Source: Planctomycetota bacterium
Lineage (GTDB): Bacteria; Planctomycetota; SZUA-567; H5-PLA8
Direction of reading: 5' to 3'
Length of the DNA: 64,000 nt
Assembly: GCA_045863855.1 (NCBI GenBank)
Contig: BTVV01000003.1
Coordinates: forward strand, 32,001 to 96,000
Made by a program: the position numbers and the translations under genes. The notes below the pieces were generated by a model. The model did no database searches. It worked only from the letters and a program-made list of their open reading frames with translations, and was not told the origin of the DNA. Below, piece after piece: positions 19,824-30,088 of this stretch. Within the stretch, counting starts at the first letter, position 1. The number at the start of each line of letters is the position of its first letter.

Positions 19824-21011
19824 ATGTCGCGACTGAAGCTCTGGGCGAGCGTGGGGCTGGCGCTTTGCGCCGGTTGGTCGAGCGCCGAAGAGGGCATGGT
19901 GCCGGACCGCGGGTACTCGTTCGAGCGCGGGACGCGCCACGACCTCGAGAGCGGCGTACGCATCGTCGACGAAGAGAAGAAGGACGGCTACGACAAGAAC
20001 AAGAAGGCGGAAGCCGAGCGCAACGCGCGCGCGGTGGCGATGCATGTCCAGAATCTGTCCGATCCCGACGAGAAGATTCGCGAGACGTCTGCCGAGATGC
20101 TGGGCTATTTGACGGCGGTGGAAGCGATTCCGAATCTGATCGAGGCGCTGAACGACCAGCACATCAACGTTCAGATCAAGGCGCACGGGGCGCTGAACAA
20201 GATCACGGGCCAGAACTTCGGCTACAAGAATTATGCGGCGTGGAAGAAGTGGTGGATGAGCAACAGCAAGGAATTCCTTGCGAAGCAGCAGGCGGGCGTC
20301 TCGCAGCTTAACGAGACGCGCGGGATGTACATGAACACGCTGGGTCTGGAAGCGCTGAAGTCGGCGCAGTTCGCGCAGGCGACGCGGATGTTCCAGGAAG
20401 CGGTGAACGCGGACCCGAAGATTCCCGACTACCGCAACAACCTGGGCCTGGCGCTGATGGAACAGGGCCGCCCGATCGACGCGATCAACTACTTTCAGGA
20501 AGCGCTGGGGCTGAACGACCGCCTGCCGCAGCCGTACATGAACATCGGCTCGTGCTTCGCTCGGCTGAACCGGCACATCGAGGCGCAGCACTGGTACCGC
20601 AAGGCGATGCTGACGGACAAGGAAGGCAAGCTCTGGGAGCCGTTCTGGACGCTGGGCAAGGAGTTCCTGCGCAAGGGTAGCTTCCCGATGGCGATGGAAT
20701 TCTTGGAGCAGGCGCAGTTGAAGGCGCAGAAGAACAACATATTCGATCCGCGCATTTACCGAGACTTGGCGCTGACGTACTACGGGCTCGACCAGTACTA
20801 CTCGGCGTGGATCGCGGTGAACGACGTGAAGCGCCTGGGCTACGAACTGGACGAAGGGTTCGTGAAGAAGGTACGCCAGGCGCTGATCGCGCAGGGCTAC
20901 GATCCGGATAACCTGGACCCGATGGGCAATCCGGGTTCGCCTTCGCCGCCCGCTGCTTTCGCGCCCAAGGCGCCCGCCACGCCGCGCGAGACGGCCAACT
21001 CCGGACAGTAG
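19824..21011 (+). CDS. secreted HEAT-repeat/TPR protein
   Basis: Signal peptide; LSDPDEKIRETSAEMLG HEAT-like repeats; RNNLGLAL and YMNIGSCF TPRs. Confidence 0.8.
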   Translation: MSRLKLWASVGLALCAGWSSAEEGMVPDRGYSFERGTRHDLESGVRIVDEEKKDGYDKNKKAEAERNARAVAMHVQNLSDPDEKIRETSAEMLGYLTAVEAIPNLIEALNDQHINVQIKAHGALNKITGQNFGYKNYAAWKKWWMSNSKEFLAKQQAGVSQLNETRGMYMNTLGLEALKSAQFAQATRMFQEAVNADPKIPDYRNNLGLALMEQGRPIDAINYFQEALGLNDRLPQPYMNIGSCFARLNRHIEAQHWYRKAMLTDKEGKLWEPFWTLGKEFLRKGSFPMAMEFLEQAQLKAQKNNIFDPRIYRDLALTYYGLDQYYSAWIAVNDVKRLGYELDEGFVKKVRQALIAQGYDPDNLDPMGNPGSPSPPAAFAPKAPATPRETANSGQ

Positions 21012-21052
21012 TCCCGCCGCCGCCGGAGGGTTCGCCGCTTCCGTTCGCCGCC

Positions 21053-22501
21053 ATGTCCGCCACTCGCACGCTGTCCGTACCCGGCGCCGCCAAGGCGCCC
21101 GAAGCCGAACCGCTTCCCGAATCCGAAACCCGGCGCAACTTCGCGCTGGGCGTGGCGAACGGTTCGCTCGTCCAGGGTTCCTTCGCCTGCATCGCGCCGT
21201 CGATCATCCTCGCTCCGCTGATACTCGACTTGACCGGCTCGGTGATGCTGGCCGGCGTGGTGGGCGTCTTGCAGCAGGCGTTTTTCATGCTTCCGCAAAT
21301 GGCGGCGAGCGCCTACATCGAATCGCTGCCGCGCAAGATGACCTGTTACCGGATCTGTTCGGCGCTGCGCGCCTTGAATTGGATCGTCATCTGCGCGGCG
21401 GTGGCGTGGCTGGGTGCGGATCCTTCGGGCTTTCGCGGGCCGCTGCTGGCGGGGCTGATCGTCGCGTTTCTGTGCGTCCATGGGATGCTCGTCGGGACGT
21501 CGATGCTAGCGTTTCAGGATATCGTCGCGCGGGCGGTGCCGGTGACGGGGCGCGAACGTTTCTTCGGGCTGCGCACGTTTTTCGGGCGGCTGATCCAGAC
21601 GGCGCTCACCTTTATGTGGATTCCGTTTGTGCTTCAAGACCAGGATTGGCTGCCGTATCCGCATAACCACGTGCTGCTCTTCTGCACCGGCTTGGCGTTC
21701 GAAGTGCCGGCGATGCTCTGCTTTCTGCTGGTGCGCGAACCGCCGGGTCCGCCGCCGGAGCCGCGGCGGAAGATGACCGAGCAGTTCCGGCGCGCGCGGA
21801 CGATGCTGGCCGAAGAGCCGCATTTGCGGCTGCTGGTGGCGTTCCGGGTGCTGGGGTTGATCAGCGTCATGGCGCTGCCGCTGATGGCGGTGTACGCGCT
21901 GGCCGAACCGTCGCAGGGCGGGCTGGGGCTGGGCGGATCGGGGGCGGAACGGACGGAGCTGACGGCGCGGGCGCAGTCGCGTTTCGTGGTGACGCTGGCG
22001 GTGAGCGAGGCGGCGCTGGCGGGCGTTTGGTCGTGGATCGGCGGGCGCTGCAGCATCGGGCTGGGGCTGGCGCTGGGCGTGGGCGCGCGGTTGCTGCTCA
22101 CGGCGCTGCTGGCGCTGGCCGTGCCGCTGCTGGGCTGGTGGGGGACCGATTGGGAGACGCGCCTGAACGCGGTGACGGTGCTGTACGTTCTGCAAGGATT
22201 CCAAAACGTGCTGACGATGATCGAGATGCAGTCGCTGGTGCTGGAGCTTGCGCCGGCCGACAAGCGCCCGACGTTCTTCGGCTTCCTGAATACGCTCTCG
22301 TTTCCGCTGATGCTGGGCCTGCCGGTCCTGGGGGGCTGGGTGGCGCATGCCTTCGGGTACGCGGCGGCGTTCGCGGCGATGACGGTTTTCGGCGTGGGTA
22401 CGCTGGTGGTGGCGCGCCGGCTGGGCGCGGCGAAGCGGCATCTTCGCGAGCGCCTCGCGCCGCCGCCTGCTGCGCCTCTGGACCTGACAACGACGCGCTG
22501 A
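21053..22501 (+). CDS. MFS transporter
   Basis: About 12 hydrophobic segments, FQDIVARAVPVTGRERFFG, ELAPADKRPTFFG. Confidence 0.85.
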   Translation: MSATRTLSVPGAAKAPEAEPLPESETRRNFALGVANGSLVQGSFACIAPSIILAPLILDLTGSVMLAGVVGVLQQAFFMLPQMAASAYIESLPRKMTCYRICSALRALNWIVICAAVAWLGADPSGFRGPLLAGLIVAFLCVHGMLVGTSMLAFQDIVARAVPVTGRERFFGLRTFFGRLIQTALTFMWIPFVLQDQDWLPYPHNHVLLFCTGLAFEVPAMLCFLLVREPPGPPPEPRRKMTEQFRRARTMLAEEPHLRLLVAFRVLGLISVMALPLMAVYALAEPSQGGLGLGGSGAERTELTARAQSRFVVTLAVSEAALAGVWSWIGGRCSIGLGLALGVGARLLLTALLALAVPLLGWWGTDWETRLNAVTVLYVLQGFQNVLTMIEMQSLVLELAPADKRPTFFGFLNTLSFPLMLGLPVLGGWVAHAFGYAAAFAAMTVFGVGTLVVARRLGAAKRHLRERLAPPPAAPLDLTTTR

Positions 22502-24249
22502 TGAGCCAAGATACGGGCATGAACGGAATGCGCGCCTTGGCGGCGCTGGGTGTGGCGCTGGCCGTGGCCGCGGGGGCGTACGCGCTGCGGCACCGCGCGG
22601 CGGGCGGCTCGGACGGGCCGGACCTGCCGCCGGGCAACGCGGTGAGCCTCGTGCTGGGGCGCGGCGGGATCGTCGTCGAAGGCGATGCGGCCGATCCGAT
22701 CGCCGGCGTGCGCGTGACGCACGAAGGCGCCGAGCGCGCGCTGGACGGTAGCTGGACCTGGCCCGATGCCGGCCGCGCGGCGCTTTTCTTCGATACCTCC
22801 GAGCGCCCGCTGGATGTGCGTGTCGAGACGAAGCACCGCGAACAGTCCTTCCGCGTCGACGGGTCGTGGGCGCCGGCGCCGGTGCTGCTGCGCAGCATCG
22901 ATCTGACGCTGCCCGCCGACTACGCCGCCGATCAGGTGCCCGATGCCGTGGCGGCCTTCTCGCCCGACGGCCAATGGCTCGCTTACGCATCGGCCGGCGG
23001 CGAACTGGCGCTTCAGAACGTCACAGGCTCGACCGAACGCCTGCGCCGGCCGCTCGCGGAAGGTTACGTCAAGGATCTGGCCTTTGCCGCAGACGGTTCG
23101 ATGCTGGTGGCCGGCGAGCAATCTCCGGACGGCTTTGTATATGGATTCGACGTCGCGAGCGGGAAGGAAGCGTGGCGCTTCCGGCTTGCGGACGAACTGG
23201 AGTCGTCGCCGCCGGAAGGCGGAGCGTACGGCGTCTATGCGTTTCCGGGCGCGTACCGCGTGCTTGCGGCCGGCGCGGACGTGCTGGTTCTGGGCCTGCA
23301 TTCGTGGCGGCCCGGCCCGCAGCAGAAGCGTTCGCTTTCGCGGATCTACCGGCTCGATGCGAAGACCGGCGCGGTGCGCTGGCGCTTTCCGGCCGCCGCG
23401 CCGCTGCCGCGAAACCTGACCTGGCTGAGCGCCTCCGCCGACGGGAGCCGCGTGGTCTGCGTCAGCAGCATCCCCGGCGCGGGCCAGCAGACCGGGGACG
23501 ACGCGGACCTCGAAGTTCTGGCGCTGGATGGCGTGAGCGGCGCGGAGACCGGACGGCTGACGCTGCCGCCGCTGGCTCCGCACTTCAAGAGCGCGTATTC
23601 GTGGCAGTCGCTTGCGGTGGTTCCGGACGGTTCGTGCGCGTTGCTGGGTGCGAACGACGGCCGCGTCTGGTCGCTGGACTTAAAGGACGGCCAACCTTCC
23701 GTGCGCTGGCGCTGCGACGTGGGTACGCCGATCCAGGCCGGTACGCTGAGCGTGCATTGCCATATCGGCTGGGGCGCGGCGTCGGGCGAGGCGTTGTTCG
23801 TGACGGTGGATAAAAATTACGAGCCATTCGGCGCGGTGACGCAGCCCAGCCGCCCGCCGGACGTGCATCCGGAAGCCGCGACGGTGCAAGCCTTCGCACC
23901 CGGCGGAACCGAAGCCCAGCGGTTGTGGCGCTTCGACGTGCCCGGCCGCCCGCAGGGCCTGTGGCTTTCGCCCGACCGGCGCTGGCTGGCGGCCGGCTAC
24001 CACCAGCCCGCCGGGACCAACGCCTTCAATCAAGCCACGCCGCCCGATTTCGGTATCGCGCTGCTGGATCTATCCAGGCCCGGCTCGGGACGCGAGAAGC
24101 TCGTCTGGGCCTACGCGACCGAAGGTCCGGTCTTTTTCCGCGCCGCCTTTTCGGCCGACGGACGCTACCTGGCGGTGATCGAAGGTCCGAAGCCGAGCCC
24201 CGACCGATTGTCGGCGACGCGGACGTACCGGTTGTTGGTGCTGCATTGA
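22501..24249 (+). CDS. membrane-anchored WD40/PQQ-like beta-propeller protein
   Basis: ATG overlaps the MFS stop; N-terminal TM; AFSPDGQWLA, DAKTGAVRW and AFSADGRYLA repeats. Confidence 0.75.
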   Translation: MSQDTGMNGMRALAALGVALAVAAGAYALRHRAAGGSDGPDLPPGNAVSLVLGRGGIVVEGDAADPIAGVRVTHEGAERALDGSWTWPDAGRAALFFDTSERPLDVRVETKHREQSFRVDGSWAPAPVLLRSIDLTLPADYAADQVPDAVAAFSPDGQWLAYASAGGELALQNVTGSTERLRRPLAEGYVKDLAFAADGSMLVAGEQSPDGFVYGFDVASGKEAWRFRLADELESSPPEGGAYGVYAFPGAYRVLAAGADVLVLGLHSWRPGPQQKRSLSRIYRLDAKTGAVRWRFPAAAPLPRNLTWLSASADGSRVVCVSSIPGAGQQTGDDADLEVLALDGVSGAETGRLTLPPLAPHFKSAYSWQSLAVVPDGSCALLGANDGRVWSLDLKDGQPSVRWRCDVGTPIQAGTLSVHCHIGWGAASGEALFVTVDKNYEPFGAVTQPSRPPDVHPEAATVQAFAPGGTEAQRLWRFDVPGRPQGLWLSPDRRWLAAGYHQPAGTNAFNQATPPDFGIALLDLSRPGSGREKLVWAYATEGPVFFRAAFSADGRYLAVIEGPKPSPDRLSATRTYRLLVLH

Positions 24250-24384
24250 GTGGCGAAAAGTAAAAAGTAATAACGGCAACGGCGCGGCTTCCAGGAGCGC
24301 GTTACGTGCTTGAGCCTCCTGCATGCACTCTGCGCTCGCATCGCACGCAAAACCTAAGCGCCTCGCCCCTTTTATTACCTTTTG

Positions 24385-25536
24385 CTATTTGCCCTCCGCC
24401 CGCCCTCCCACCGACTCCCGCTCCACCCATTCCACCGCCACCGATTCGCGTTGCGGCGGGCGGGCGGGTTGGGCGAGTCGCGCGGTAATCAGGCCGGCGG
24501 CGCGGCGACCGTAGGCGGCGCGGTCGATGCGAAGGGTGGAGAGCGGCGGCGCCAGTCGGGCGGCGATCTCGTTGTCGTCGAAGCCGATCACGCTGAGCGC
24601 TTGGGGGATGCGCAGTTCGCGGGCGGCGGCGGCTTCGTAAAGGCCGCAGGCCAGGCGGTCGTTGCCGCAGAAGACGCCGGCGGGGAGCGCCAGACGATCG
24701 AGGAGTTCGGGCGCGGCGGCGCGTCCGCTGGGTTCGTCCCAGCCGCCGGCCCAGACGGGTGCTTCGACGCGGACGCCTCGTTCTCGTGCGGCTTCGCGAA
24801 ACCCTACGTAGCGCGCTTGGGCGCGCGGGTCGTCCGCGGGACCGCCCAGATAGGCTAGGCGTTTGAGGCCGGCTTCGGCGAGGCGTTCGGCCGCGCGGCG
24901 GGCGCCGGGTTCGTCGTCGACGAGGAGCGCGTCGCTGCCGGGTGTGCGTGCGGTCCCGAAGCCTTCGGGCGCGCCGTGGACGGCGAGCATGGGCAAGAGC
25001 GGGCAGCGCGCGCGGGCGCGGGCCAGAAAAGCCGGGCGGTCCAGACCGACGAGGAGCGAGACGCCACCGCCTCCGGAACTTAGTTCTTCCAGCAGCGCCG
25101 TCTCGCCGGCTTCGCTGAGCGGCGCGTAGCGCACGCGCAAACCGGCGTGGGTGAGGGCTTCGTCGAGCGCCTCGGCGATGGGATAGCCAAAGCGCCCGCG
25201 CACGAGCGCCTGCGGATCGAGGGCCAGGAGGATCGTGGCGCGCGCGGCTTCGCCGGGTCCGGAGGCTTCCATGGGCGGGCGCGGCGCGACGAAAGTCCCG
25301 CGACCCTGCTGCCGGACGAGCCAGCCGCGTTCGACGAGTTCGTTCAGTGCGCGGACGACCGTCTGGTAGCTGATGCCGTATTGCTTACTGAGCGCGGGGC
25401 CCGACGAGACGAGCGCGCCGGGGGGCAGGCGGCCGTCTCGCATTTGGGCGATCAGGTCGGCGACGAGGTCGGCGGCGGCTCGGCCGCGCGAGAGCGCAGG
25501 CGAGGCGGGGGCCGGTGAGCGGCGCGGGCGGGGCAT
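24385..25536 (-). CDS. GntR-HTH + LacI-type sugar-binding domain regulator (AraR-like)
   Basis: YGISYQTVVRALNELVERGWLVRQQGRGTFV; FCGNDRLA, SVIGFDD, PPLSTL. Confidence 0.9.
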   Translation of the reverse strand: MPRPRRSPAPASPALSRGRAAADLVADLIAQMRDGRLPPGALVSSGPALSKQYGISYQTVVRALNELVERGWLVRQQGRGTFVAPRPPMEASGPGEAARATILLALDPQALVRGRFGYPIAEALDEALTHAGLRVRYAPLSEAGETALLEELSSGGGGVSLLVGLDRPAFLARARARCPLLPMLAVHGAPEGFGTARTPGSDALLVDDEPGARRAAERLAEAGLKRLAYLGGPADDPRAQARYVGFREAARERGVRVEAPVWAGGWDEPSGRAAAPELLDRLALPAGVFCGNDRLACGLYEAAAARELRIPQALSVIGFDDNEIAARLAPPLSTLRIDRAAYGRRAAGLITARLAQPARPPQRESVAVEWVERESVGGRAEGK

Positions 25537-25593
25537 GAGATAGGTTGTAGATAAGTTCGGGAATGCCCGCAAGGGCGGGCGCGCGCGTTGAAT

Positions 25594-27145
25594 TCAGACG
25601 TGCGAAGACGGGATGGGCGCGGCATCGGGTTCGGGTTCGGGGTGTGGCGGTTCGACATTCAGCGCAAGGCGCGCGGCTTCGGCAGTGGATTGCATGCATC
25701 GAACTTCATGCACGGCGGCGCCGAGCCATAGGAACGGATACGAGCCGAGCATCACGAGCAGGTTGAAGCCGAAGACGAACATGAGCAACTCGTCGAAATC
25801 GTTCATTCGGCCGAAGTTGAACAAGATTTTGAGGAAGGTCAAGAACCCCAAGAGCGCGCAGGCGCAGCCCGTTCCAATCAACAAGTAGATCCCCCAAGAC
25901 TCCGGAGCCGATCTTGCGTTGCGTACCCCCGCAGCGTTGCGAGTACTTCCCATGAGGAGTGTTTCGAGGCCGCGCCGGCCGGCGTGGAGGCGCTTGAGCG
26001 CGATCCAGAACAGAAAAGCGAGGCCGCCGAAAGCGAGGTCTATCGAGAAAGTGACAAGGAACTCCTTGAAGTTGACGCTGCTTTCGTTGAGCCAGGCGCC
26101 AAAGTTGACCATGATGCCGGCGGGGAATGCGGCCAGTGCGATGCGGCTGATGGTGTCGGCCCAGGCCGGTTGCGGGGGTTGGCGCAGGCCGGCGTAGGCG
26201 CATTCAGAGAGGGCGGCATCGAAGGCACGGCCGAGCAGCGTGGCGCTGAAGCCGAGGGCGACGAACGAGAGCAAGAACAGGACCGGCGGAAGGATCGCTT
26301 CGTTGTTGCGGGAGAACCAGAACCAGCGGTCGACCATGAAGAACACGGTTAACAGGGCCGCGCCACCAAAGACCAGCATCCCGGCGATGGCCGAGGGACT
26401 CTCGAAGATCGGGCTGATGCGCGACTTGCCGTGCCTGCCGTTCAGGTGCAGCGCGAGGACACGCAAGCGAAATGAGGAACAGGTTGAGGTTTTCGAAGAG
26501 CAATCCCACGAGCATGCCGGCTCCGGCAATGAGCAAGCCGCCGATGACGACCAGAAACTCCTCGGATTCGAAGCCCGCGAACGCGACCATAAGGCCGCCG
26601 ACGCCGCCGGCGACGGAGGGCGGCAGAATGAATGGGAGATTGGAGCCGACGGGGCGCGGGAGCGAACCTTGGAGCTTGCCCCTGCGCCAGGCGAGGTGAA
26701 CCAGCGCGGCATCCAGCGGCCCCAAGCTGCGCGCGAGCGCCCAGAGGCCCCAGGCGAAGATCACGCCGCCGGGCCAATACAGCAAGCCCCAGCACCCTTC
26801 GACCTCCAACCTTCCGTACTGGAAAATCTCGGGGATGGCGAAGACGCCAAAAGCGAGCGCGCCGACGGCCGACGCCAGCAGCAGCACCGATGCGCAGACG
26901 GTGACGAGCACGAAGCCGCCGCCGGCGGGCTCACGCGTCGGAGGCGGATCCTCCGAGAACGAGCCGGTGCGCGGAGTTGGTTCGAGGGCGGCGTTCACGG
27001 CGAAGCGCATGCCGCAGTTCAGGCACTTCGTTTTGCCGTCGGCGCCCGGCACGACGTTGCGCAGCGTGGTTTCGCATTGCGGGCAGACGGCGGAGTCGAT
27101 GGCGGCGGGCGGGGCTTCCGGCGGCGACGCTTCGGGATCGGACAT
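25594..27145 (-). pseudogene. zinc-ribbon multi-pass membrane protein with a single frameshift near 26470
   Basis: 5' half (MSDPEAS..CPQC..CLNC..LFENLNLFLI) and 3' half (RLRVLALHL..SSHV) lie in different frames. Removing one base from ATTTCGC joins them. Confidence 0.7.
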
Positions 27146-27168
27146 GCGCGGAGTCTCCGGCCGGCGCG

Positions 27169-29304
27169 TCAGGGCTGGGCGGGCGCGGGCGGCTTTCGAT
27201 ACACGGCTTCGATCACGTGGAACGGCAAACGTACTTCGCTGCCCATCAATTCGGCGACGAGATGCGTGGCGCCGATGGAGCGGATATCGAGATCGAAGGC
27301 GCTGCCTTGACGGAGCACCAGGCGCCAGAGGCGCGGCGCGGCCTGCGCCGGCTGCGCGCTTTCGGGGAAGACAAGATAGCGCGCGCTGGACAGATCGATG
27401 GGCCACTCGCCCGCGCCGTCCTTGGGATCGACGACCAGCTCGTTCGTTTCCAGATTCACGCGCAGGATCTCGGCGAGGTCCATGCGCGGGAGGCCCTGGG
27501 TAGGAAAGACGTTGGGGTCCTTGGGCTTGGCGGCTTCTTCGGGGGTTTCTTCGATCTGCGGGGAGGCCTCATCCTTCAAGGCCTGCTTCTGGCGGAATTC
27601 GACGCCGGTCTTTTCGTCCTTCTTCACGGCCAGCGCGACGGGCTCGGCCGTATCCAGCGCGGGATCGGGCCAGAGGTCGACCTTGCGCAGCAGGGCGCGC
27701 GGGAGGGTGAGCGTCACGCCGCCGGCGAGGCCGAGTTCGCAGGATTTGTCGTCGAGCTTGCGAAGCTGCGCGCGGAAGCATTCGCCGCTTTGCATCAGGA
27801 CGTCGTGCTGCAGGCGAACGCGCAGATCTTGCGCGGGGCCGTCCGGGGCGATGGTTTCGAGCGGCGGCTCGAACCGCGCGATGCGTTCGAGCGCGACCGG
27901 CCACGGCGCAGCTTGCGGATCGAGGAATGCGGGGCGCAGCGCCGCAGCCGAACCGGCCGGCGGATCGGCGGCTTCGCCCACGAGGCGTTGTCCGTCGGCG
28001 AGTTCCAGCAGCGCGAAGCGCTCGTCGCGCTCTACGGGCACGACGCGGTCGAAGAAGAGGTCGTCGATGCGCAGCACGGTTTCGCTTTGCGGATCGGTGC
28101 GGAAGAAACGCACGCGGTGGATGGGAATCTTGGATTTCACAGCCAGCCATTCGTGCCCCATGGCGCCGCCGGCGACGAGGTCGCTTTCCTGGCGGCTGAG
28201 CACGCGCAGGATGAGCTGCCCATGGCGGTCGAAGGCTTCCAGCCCGATCTGACCCGCGCCGGCGTTGGCAATCACGCAGCCGACGGCGTGCACGGCTCCG
28301 GGGCGGCCAGAGTTCTTTCCGGCTTCGAAACTTCCGGGGCGGATAAAGCGCGCTTCGATATCCCCGCGTCCACGCGGCGGATCGGCGGCGGCCGAGAGGC
28401 CGCGCGAGAAGCCCAGCAATTCTTCTCCGCCGTCGGCGACGACTTGCTGCGCGGCTTCGGTGGCGCGCAGTAGCAGACCCCATTCGGCGTAGGCGTGGCT
28501 CAGGTTCGCGCCGGCGGCCAGGTCGGACTTGCCATCCGACGGCTTATCGAACCCCGCGAAGCGTATGTCCGCCATTCCGGCCCACGGCGAGGCCGCCTGG
28601 CCGGCGGCCACCAGCGCGGTCTGTTCCCGATCGGCCAACGGATCGAAGCGTTCGGCGGCATCGTTGAGCGCGCGGGGCGGCGGCGCGCGCGCGAGGAGCG
28701 CTTCGCCGGCCGGAAGCTCCGGCAGCGCCACTCCTTCGGGTGCGGCGGTTAACGCGTGCAGCGTCTCGGGCGGAAACGTGACCGCATGCCAAGCGGTCTC
28801 CAGCGCCAGAGCCGTCAACTCGACCTTCCCAGACAGCGTGCGGCCGTCGGCGAGTCGGACGCGGTCGCCGCCGCCGGCTTCTTCGCTCAGGCCCAGCGCG
28901 CCGAGCAACTGCGCCGCTCGGGCCTGAACTTCGGCATCCGGCGAAGCGAGGGCCGCCTGTAGCGAAGGCGCGGCGCTGCGGCCCAGCGCGCGCAGCGCCT
29001 CCAGCGCTTTGCGCCGCGTCTCGTAGTTGTCGTCGCTGAGAGCCTGCACGGCCGCGCGCGCCTGTTCGTTGAGTGCGGGGGCTACGCGCATGCCCATCTT
29101 GAGTTCGCGCAGATCGATCCAGGGCAGCACGACGGGATCGGGGCTGGAGGTGCGCAGCGCGAGCGGCTCGGCATGGCGGACGCGCACGAACAGGCGGGTC
29201 CCGTCATGCGATTCGAGCGTCATGACCGGCGCGGGCGCTTCGCCGCTCCAACCGGGAGCCGCGAAGCCGGCCAGCGCCAGCAGGATCGGCAGCGCACGCT
29301 TCAT
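27169..29304 (-). CDS. secreted hypothetical protein with HEAT repeat
   Basis: Signal peptide MKRALPILLALAG; LSDDNYETRRKA..LASPDAEVQARA; repeated LxDGxxLxG beta motifs. Confidence 0.7.
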   Translation of the reverse strand: MKRALPILLALAGFAAPGWSGEAPAPVMTLESHDGTRLFVRVRHAEPLALRTSSPDPVVLPWIDLRELKMGMRVAPALNEQARAAVQALSDDNYETRRKALEALRALGRSAAPSLQAALASPDAEVQARAAQLLGALGLSEEAGGGDRVRLADGRTLSGKVELTALALETAWHAVTFPPETLHALTAAPEGVALPELPAGEALLARAPPPRALNDAAERFDPLADREQTALVAAGQAASPWAGMADIRFAGFDKPSDGKSDLAAGANLSHAYAEWGLLLRATEAAQQVVADGGEELLGFSRGLSAAADPPRGRGDIEARFIRPGSFEAGKNSGRPGAVHAVGCVIANAGAGQIGLEAFDRHGQLILRVLSRQESDLVAGGAMGHEWLAVKSKIPIHRVRFFRTDPQSETVLRIDDLFFDRVVPVERDERFALLELADGQRLVGEAADPPAGSAAALRPAFLDPQAAPWPVALERIARFEPPLETIAPDGPAQDLRVRLQHDVLMQSGECFRAQLRKLDDKSCELGLAGGVTLTLPRALLRKVDLWPDPALDTAEPVALAVKKDEKTGVEFRQKQALKDEASPQIEETPEEAAKPKDPNVFPTQGLPRMDLAEILRVNLETNELVVDPKDGAGEWPIDLSSARYLVFPESAQPAQAAPRLWRLVLRQGSAFDLDIRSIGATHLVAELMGSEVRLPFHVIEAVYRKPPAPAQP

Positions 29305-29488
29305 CGCGTTCAAAGCATACGCTTGTTCGCGCGCCGAATCCATCGGTAGCCCGGCCTCCGTAAGTGCACGCCATGTAAAAGTTAATACGCAGATTCGGGT
29401 GCTTCTTTCGCTCCGGATCGAGCACCATCGTTTGGACGCCGGAGCGGGTGGCGCGTATGCTCACGGAATAGGAGGCCGAGCGGCGAAA

Positions 29489-30088
29489 ATGGTGGGTGCA
29501 ATTCTCGTGGGCGGGCGCTCCCAGCGCCTGGAAGGCGGCGATAAAACGCGTCTGCAGGTGCACGGCGAGCGTCTGATCGTGCGGCTGGCGGAATTCCTGA
29601 AGCCTTGGTGCGACGAATGCGTGCTGATCGGTCGGGAGGAGCAGTTGCCGGAGTTCGAGGCGCTGGGCGTTGGGGAAGGGCTGGCCGATCTGTACCCCGG
29701 CTGCGGCCCTTTCGGCGGCTTGTATACGGTGCTTGAAGACCGCGACGAGGATGTCTTCCTCGTGGCCTGCGACATGCCTTATCTGACGCCTTCGCTGCTG
29801 GAACGGTTGGTGCTGGCTTATCGCATGCCGCCGAAGTCGTTCGGTGCGCTCTTTAGGGTGCCGGATGCAGGCCGGTATCGGCTGGAGCCGCTGTGCAGTA
29901 TTTGGTCCCGCCAGTGCCGGCGACCGGCAAACGTGGCGTTGGAAGCCGGCGAGCGATCCGTCAGTGCGTTCGCCCAGAGCATGAACTTGCGCACCGTAGA
30001 TCTGAATTTAGAAGAGGCCGGCCTGCTGGCGAGCGTGAATTTCCGCCGCGATTTGGAGGGCCTGACGGGTATCATCGAGCTGCCGTAA
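29489..30088 (+). CDS. mobA: molybdenum cofactor guanylyltransferase
   Basis: ILVGGRSQRL..DK, GPFGG, VACDMP, LEPLC. Confidence 0.85.
   Translation: MVGAILVGGRSQRLEGGDKTRLQVHGERLIVRLAEFLKPWCDECVLIGREEQLPEFEALGVGEGLADLYPGCGPFGGLYTVLEDRDEDVFLVACDMPYLTPSLLERLVLAYRMPPKSFGALFRVPDAGRYRLEPLCSIWSRQCRRPANVALEAGERSVSAFAQSMNLRTVDLNLEEAGLLASVNFRRDLEGLTGIIELP

Noticed and set aside
22027..22500. Long 5' extensions of ORF-track calls (propeller protein; likewise mobA, pyrB, pyrR, arsM, cysC)
   Set aside because: They overlap upstream genes or precede the homologous start, so starts were reassigned to downstream codons.
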